NCBI GenBank assembly: GCA_965231145.1 | Contig: OZ246420.1 | Location: 300,001 to 332,000 of the forward strand | DNA from: Candidatus Saccharimonadota bacterium | Lineage (GTDB): Bacteria > Patescibacteriota > Gracilibacteria > Absconditabacterales > Absconditicoccaceae | Direction of reading: 5' to 3' | Length of the DNA: 32,000 nt | Shown: in pieces, positions 28,559 through 32,000 of the stretch | Position numbering within the stretch: position 1 is the first letter of the stretch | Layout: every line of letters begins with the position of its first letter | Position numbers and translations under genes: made by a program | Notes under the pieces: model-generated | The model's database searches: none | What the model was told of the DNA's origin: nothing | The model's input: the letters and a program-made list of their open reading frames with translations, nothing else

Positions 28559-28621
28559 GATACTGATACGAGATACAGATACATCGTTTTCGTATCAGTA
28601 TCAGTATCAGTCATCAGTATC
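28559..28621. repeat. GATACT/GATACA-word hairpin
   Basis: gatactgatacg (28559-28570) pairs perfectly with cgtatcagtatc (28591-28602), followed by further agtatc words. Confidence 0.75.
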
Positions 28622-28652
28622 ATGTATAGGTTTTAGATAACTAGAAATAAAG

Positions 28653-29141
28653 ATGAGCGCAACTATCATACAAAGTGCATGAGGTATAGTATATTATATG
28701 GCGGCTGACGGACAGCCAAGATATTTGCTTATCAAAAGACATGCTATGTCCGGTAAGATAGAATGGGTTGCGCCAAAGGGGAAACTACAGAAAGGAGAAA
28801 CGCCAGAACAAGGAGCTGTGAGAGAAGTAAGTGAGGAAGCAGGATTGTCTACAGAGAAGCTATTCATCAGGCAGAAGATTGGTTCGACAAGTTTGCGCAG
28901 CACGGAAAATCAAAAGGGTTGGATGGATAAAGACGTGACGTATTTTCTGATGTCATACGATGGTGATCCATCGGCTGTAAGAATCCAGACGGGCGAAGGA
29001 TATCTTGGGATCTACAAGTGGGCAAGCATCGATGAAGTCCTTGGGCTTATCTACTACCAAAACATGAGAGAGCTTTTCAGACAAACCTATAATATCATCA
29101 AAGAACTTGGAGTGAAAGATAAATTCGTTCAAGACCTCTAA
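28653..29141 (+). CDS. NUDIX hydrolase
   Basis: ATG 28653 through TGA 28680-28682 (SA-G-GIVYY). Nudix box GKLQKGETPEQGAVREVSEEAGL. TAA stop. Confidence 0.85.
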
Positions 29142-29143
29142 TC

Positions 29144-29221
29144 AGTTTATAAAGTTCTTAAAGTTTATAAAGTTAAAACACCTTATTTGTTTCTACTTTA
29201 TGAACCTTCAACTTTACGAAC
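29144..29221 (+). repeat. ATAAAGTT-word / CTACTTTATGAAC element, copy 4
   Basis: cagtttataaagttcttaaagtttataaagttaaaacaccttatttgtttctactttatgaaccttcaactttacgaac. Confidence 0.8.
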
Positions 29222-29250
29222 TATATTTTAGCTGATAAGCATTAGTTCAT

Positions 29251-29949
29251 ATGTTACATATTGTGTGGCATGGTCATAGTTTTGTAGAGATCGTAAGTGA
29301 TAAGGGGAGTATCCTTGTCGATCCGTTTATCACAGGTAATCCAAGATGTGATGTGAGTGTGGAACAGATGCGTGAGAAAAACATTATTGCGATCTGTATC
29401 ACACATGGGCATGGAGATCATATCGGTGATACTATGGCACTTGTTGCGTGAACAGAAATTCCTGTCATCTGTGAGTACGGTGTTGCTCAGTACTTTGAGG
29501 AAGTCGAAGGCTATTCGCATTGTCTCTATGGGGCAATAGGAGGAACAGTATCGCTTCATGATACTTTGAGCGTGAAGTTTTTTGCTGCAACACATGGAGG
29601 CAGAATCATGAAGACTGACAGATACTGTTCGCCAGCTGGATTACTTATTACCTATGAAGGCAAGAAAATCTATCATGCTGGTGACACATCGCTCATGATG
29701 GATATGCAACTCCTTGCAAAATACAAGATCGATGTGGCATGTGTGCCGATTGACGGCCTCTATAACATGGATATCGAAGATGCGGCACAAGCTGTCTCGT
29801 GGATAAAACCAACAACTGTGTTCCCTATACACTATGATACATGGCCGAAGATTCGTGTCGACGCAGTCGACTTTGCAAGACGCGTGATGGCGAGCAGCCC
29901 GACAGTACCGAAAGTACTCACCGCAGGACAGTATGTGGTGATAGAGTAA
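29251..29949 (+). CDS. UPF0173-type metallo-beta-lactamase-fold hydrolase
   Basis: ORFs 29251-29451 and 29566-29949 share a frame, joined via TGA 29449-29451. WHGHSFVEI, ITHGHGDHIGD, YHAGDT, PIHYDTWP. Confidence 0.8.
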
Positions 29950-30010
29950 ATTGGTTTGAAAGGAGAGAAGTTTTTCGTATAAGTTTGCTATTTATTGCGG
30001 TTATACTACC

Positions 30011-30469
30011 ATGGCATACCTTGATATGAATAAAGAAGAACAAGCATATTATAGAAAAAGACTGATGTGGAATATCATCCAGCTCCTTGTTGGTACCGTG
30101 CTTTTGCTTGCGGCATATGTGCATCTGCAGAAAAATAACGCAGAGAAAATGAGTATCTCGTCAGGAGTAGAAGTGCTTTCGCAAAAGGTAGTTTTGTGGT
30201 TTCACAATATTTTCAATCACAATGGTAGTCAGTATGAAGACCAATTGGCAATGCAGAAAAACTATGCTGAAGTGATCAATGTCGTGCAAAATTCGTCGTG
30301 TAAAGATAAGGTAGATGCAAATCTTCTTACTGATAAATACAATGATCTTCAGGATGATTCGGTTGAAGACTATGTGAAGAAAAGCGCAGATTACAATAAG
30401 TTTCTCATAGATTTCTATAGAAAGATTTCTGAGGTGTGTCAGAAGGAAGTACATACGCAAACGAACTAA
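30011..30469 (+). CDS. Hypothetical membrane-anchored protein
   Basis: 152 aa with one N-terminal hydrophobic helix (IIQLLVGTVLLLAAYV); TAA stop. Confidence 0.5.
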   Translation: MAYLDMNKEEQAYYRKRLMWNIIQLLVGTVLLLAAYVHLQKNNAEKMSISSGVEVLSQKVVLWFHNIFNHNGSQYEDQLAMQKNYAEVINVVQNSSCKDKVDANLLTDKYNDLQDDSVEDYVKKSADYNKFLIDFYRKISEVCQKEVHTQTN

Positions 30470-30482
30470 CTAAACTAATAAA

Positions 30483-30582
30483 CATGGTGTAATATCGTGT
30501 AACAATTGTGTAAGGTTGTGTAACATCGTTACTATCAATATTACACTATGTTACACGCTAAGCTTTACACCATTTTACACTG
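30483..30582. repeat. GTGTAA / TTACAC-word inverted repeat upstream of cysS
   Basis: Four GTGTAA words (30486-30530) face four TTACAC words (30541-30580). Several 8-9-bp registers pair exactly, e.g. tggtgtaa/ttacacca, cgtgtaac/gttacacg, gtgtaatat/atattacac. Confidence 0.8.
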
Positions 30583-30594
30583 TGACATATTGAG

Positions 30595-32000
30595 ATGGAG
30601 TTTAAGATTTTCAATACGCTGACTCGTCAAAAAGAAATTTTCACGCCAATCGACGAGAACAAAATCCGTGTATACTCATGCGGTCCAACGGTTTATTCTG
30701 ATCCTCACGTAGGTAACTTGCGTTACTTTTTTTTCTGTGGTTTGCTTGGTGATACACTTCGCCTAATCTACGGAAAAGAGCATGTGAAGCATGTGATGAA
30801 TATCACTGACGTAGGTCATCTCACTGATGATGGTGATGCAGGTGAAGATAAGATGGAAAAGGGTGCTCGCAGAGAGTGACTGACAGCGTGGGATATCGCG
30901 AAGAAATACGAGAATAATTTCAAAAAGTATATAGAGCAGTTACATATTGAGTTCGATGAACTGCCAAGAGCAACTGATAATATCCAGGAGCAAATAGATA
31001 TCATTAAAATGCTCGAAGAGAAAGCTTATACGTATGAGATCCCAGGAGATGGTATCTATATGGATACGAGCAAAATTGCTGACTATGGTAAGCTTATGTG
31101 ACCAAATTATCATAAACATCTTGAAGGTCTGCAGGCAGGAGCAAGAGTAGATATCGAAGGAAAAAGAAATGCCACAGACTTTGCTTTATGGAAGTTTTCG
31201 CCTGTAGATCAGCAAAGACAGATGGAATGGGATAGCCCATGGGGCAAGGGTTTTCCGGGCTGGCATATCGAGTGTAACGCAATGTCTCGTAGATATCTTG
31301 GAGATCATTTTGATATCCATACGGGTGGAGTAGATCATATTACGGTACATCACTCGGATGAAATTGCTCAGGCCGAGTGCAGTTATGCAGCCGAGAAACC
31401 ATGGGTAAACTACTGGATGCATGTGCAGTTTCTCAATATCAATGGAGCAAAAGTCTCTAAGTCAGCAGGAGATGATTTCAGTTTGCCTGCTTTAAAAAAA
31501 GAAGGAATATCTCCCGAAGATTTAAGGTTCTTTTTTCTTAGAGCTAATTATTGAACACAACAAAATTTCACATTAGAAGAGTTAAAAAGAGCTTCTATTG
31601 AGAGAAATCAATTGTGGACATCAATGAATTATTTATTGAATTCTACTTTTAACCTAGTAAAAGAAGTTTGATCTTTAGAGGATCTCGAGAATAATCTAAT
31701 AACTGATATGGGTAAACAAATGCTTGAAAAATTAATGACAGCACTACTTGATAATCTTAATGTAGTTAATCTCATTTCTACTATTTATGCTTATCGCAAC
31801 AGTTTTGTGCATGATCAAACCCCGACTCAACGAACATCTTCAATAAATTTTAATACTCAACATGATTTTCTAATTGATTTTGTTACTCTTGTTAAATTCT
31901 TTGATGACCAATTGTTAAAATTAGACTTATTTCAAGAAGTCTGGAAAAAAGAAATAACTACAACGCCTGAAATACATAAGATGGCAGAAGAAGCTTGGAA
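30595..32000 (+). CDS. cysS: Cysteine--tRNA ligase (3' end beyond the window)
   Basis: One frame through TGA at 30877, 31099, 31552 and 31669. [15 protein letters not shown] (HIGH region), [35 protein letters not shown] (KMSKS). Confidence 0.93.

Noticed and set aside
4733-30582. Word-repeat regions as CRISPR arrays
   Set aside because: The repeats are 5-8-nt words in tandem or inverted arrays, without 25-40-nt unique spacers, and there are no cas genes in the window.
1-32000. Apparent genome-wide pseudogenisation (gyrB, dnaE, ruvB, cysS, elp3 and others all fragmented in the ORF track)
   Set aside because: All breaks are TGA, the fragments stay in frame, and the motifs remain intact. The pattern is explained by UGA-as-sense decoding, not by decay.
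1-32000. Translation table 4 (UGA = Trp, Mollicutes-type) as the explanation
   Set aside because: Alignable TGA positions correspond to invariant Gly (GyrB EGL, DnaE GFSL, the J-protein G/F tract, GxPGDL, SpoIID GHGVG), not Trp. TGG is used at conserved Trp positions, for example [13 protein letters not shown] in CysS.

Overview
This AT-rich chromosomal segment comes from a bacterium that reads UGA as glycine (translation table 25, as in Absconditabacteria/SR1 and Gracilibacteria). In the standard-code ORF track almost every conserved gene is broken at TGA. Reading through TGA restores single frames, and the TGA positions I can align from memory to family motifs fall on invariant Gly. True gene ends are all TAA or TAG. 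After re-joining, the window holds about 30 genes, mostly housekeeping. They are dnaE (in two separate pieces), gyrB, ruvA, a secreted amidase-SpoIID fusion, elp3-like, holB, rnpA, an AI-2E transporter, a MurI-like protein, a SpoU methyltransferase, dnaA, DUF1846, a SulP permease, a CbpA/DnaJ-like protein, ruvB, an SLH surface protein, hrcA, a NUDIX hydrolase, a UPF0173 hydrolase and cysS, plus several hypotheticals. I found no tRNA, rRNA, CRISPR array, transposase or recognisable defence locus. The unusual content is architectural. (1) dnaE is split at the PHP/palm boundary into two non-adjacent genes with no intein. (2) The intergenic regions carry several families of repeat elements whose arms are tandem short words, one family orientation-locked upstream of genes. 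(3) A conserved ~50-nt element with a covarying GTAG-prefixed hairpin sits in the 3' region of two genes. (4) An orphan transcription unit has a consensus promoter and terminator around a 43-codon ORF. (5) A frameshifted four-helix-bundle (23S-IVS-type) gene sits between inverted word arms. All functional calls rest on motif recognition by eye; no searches were run.
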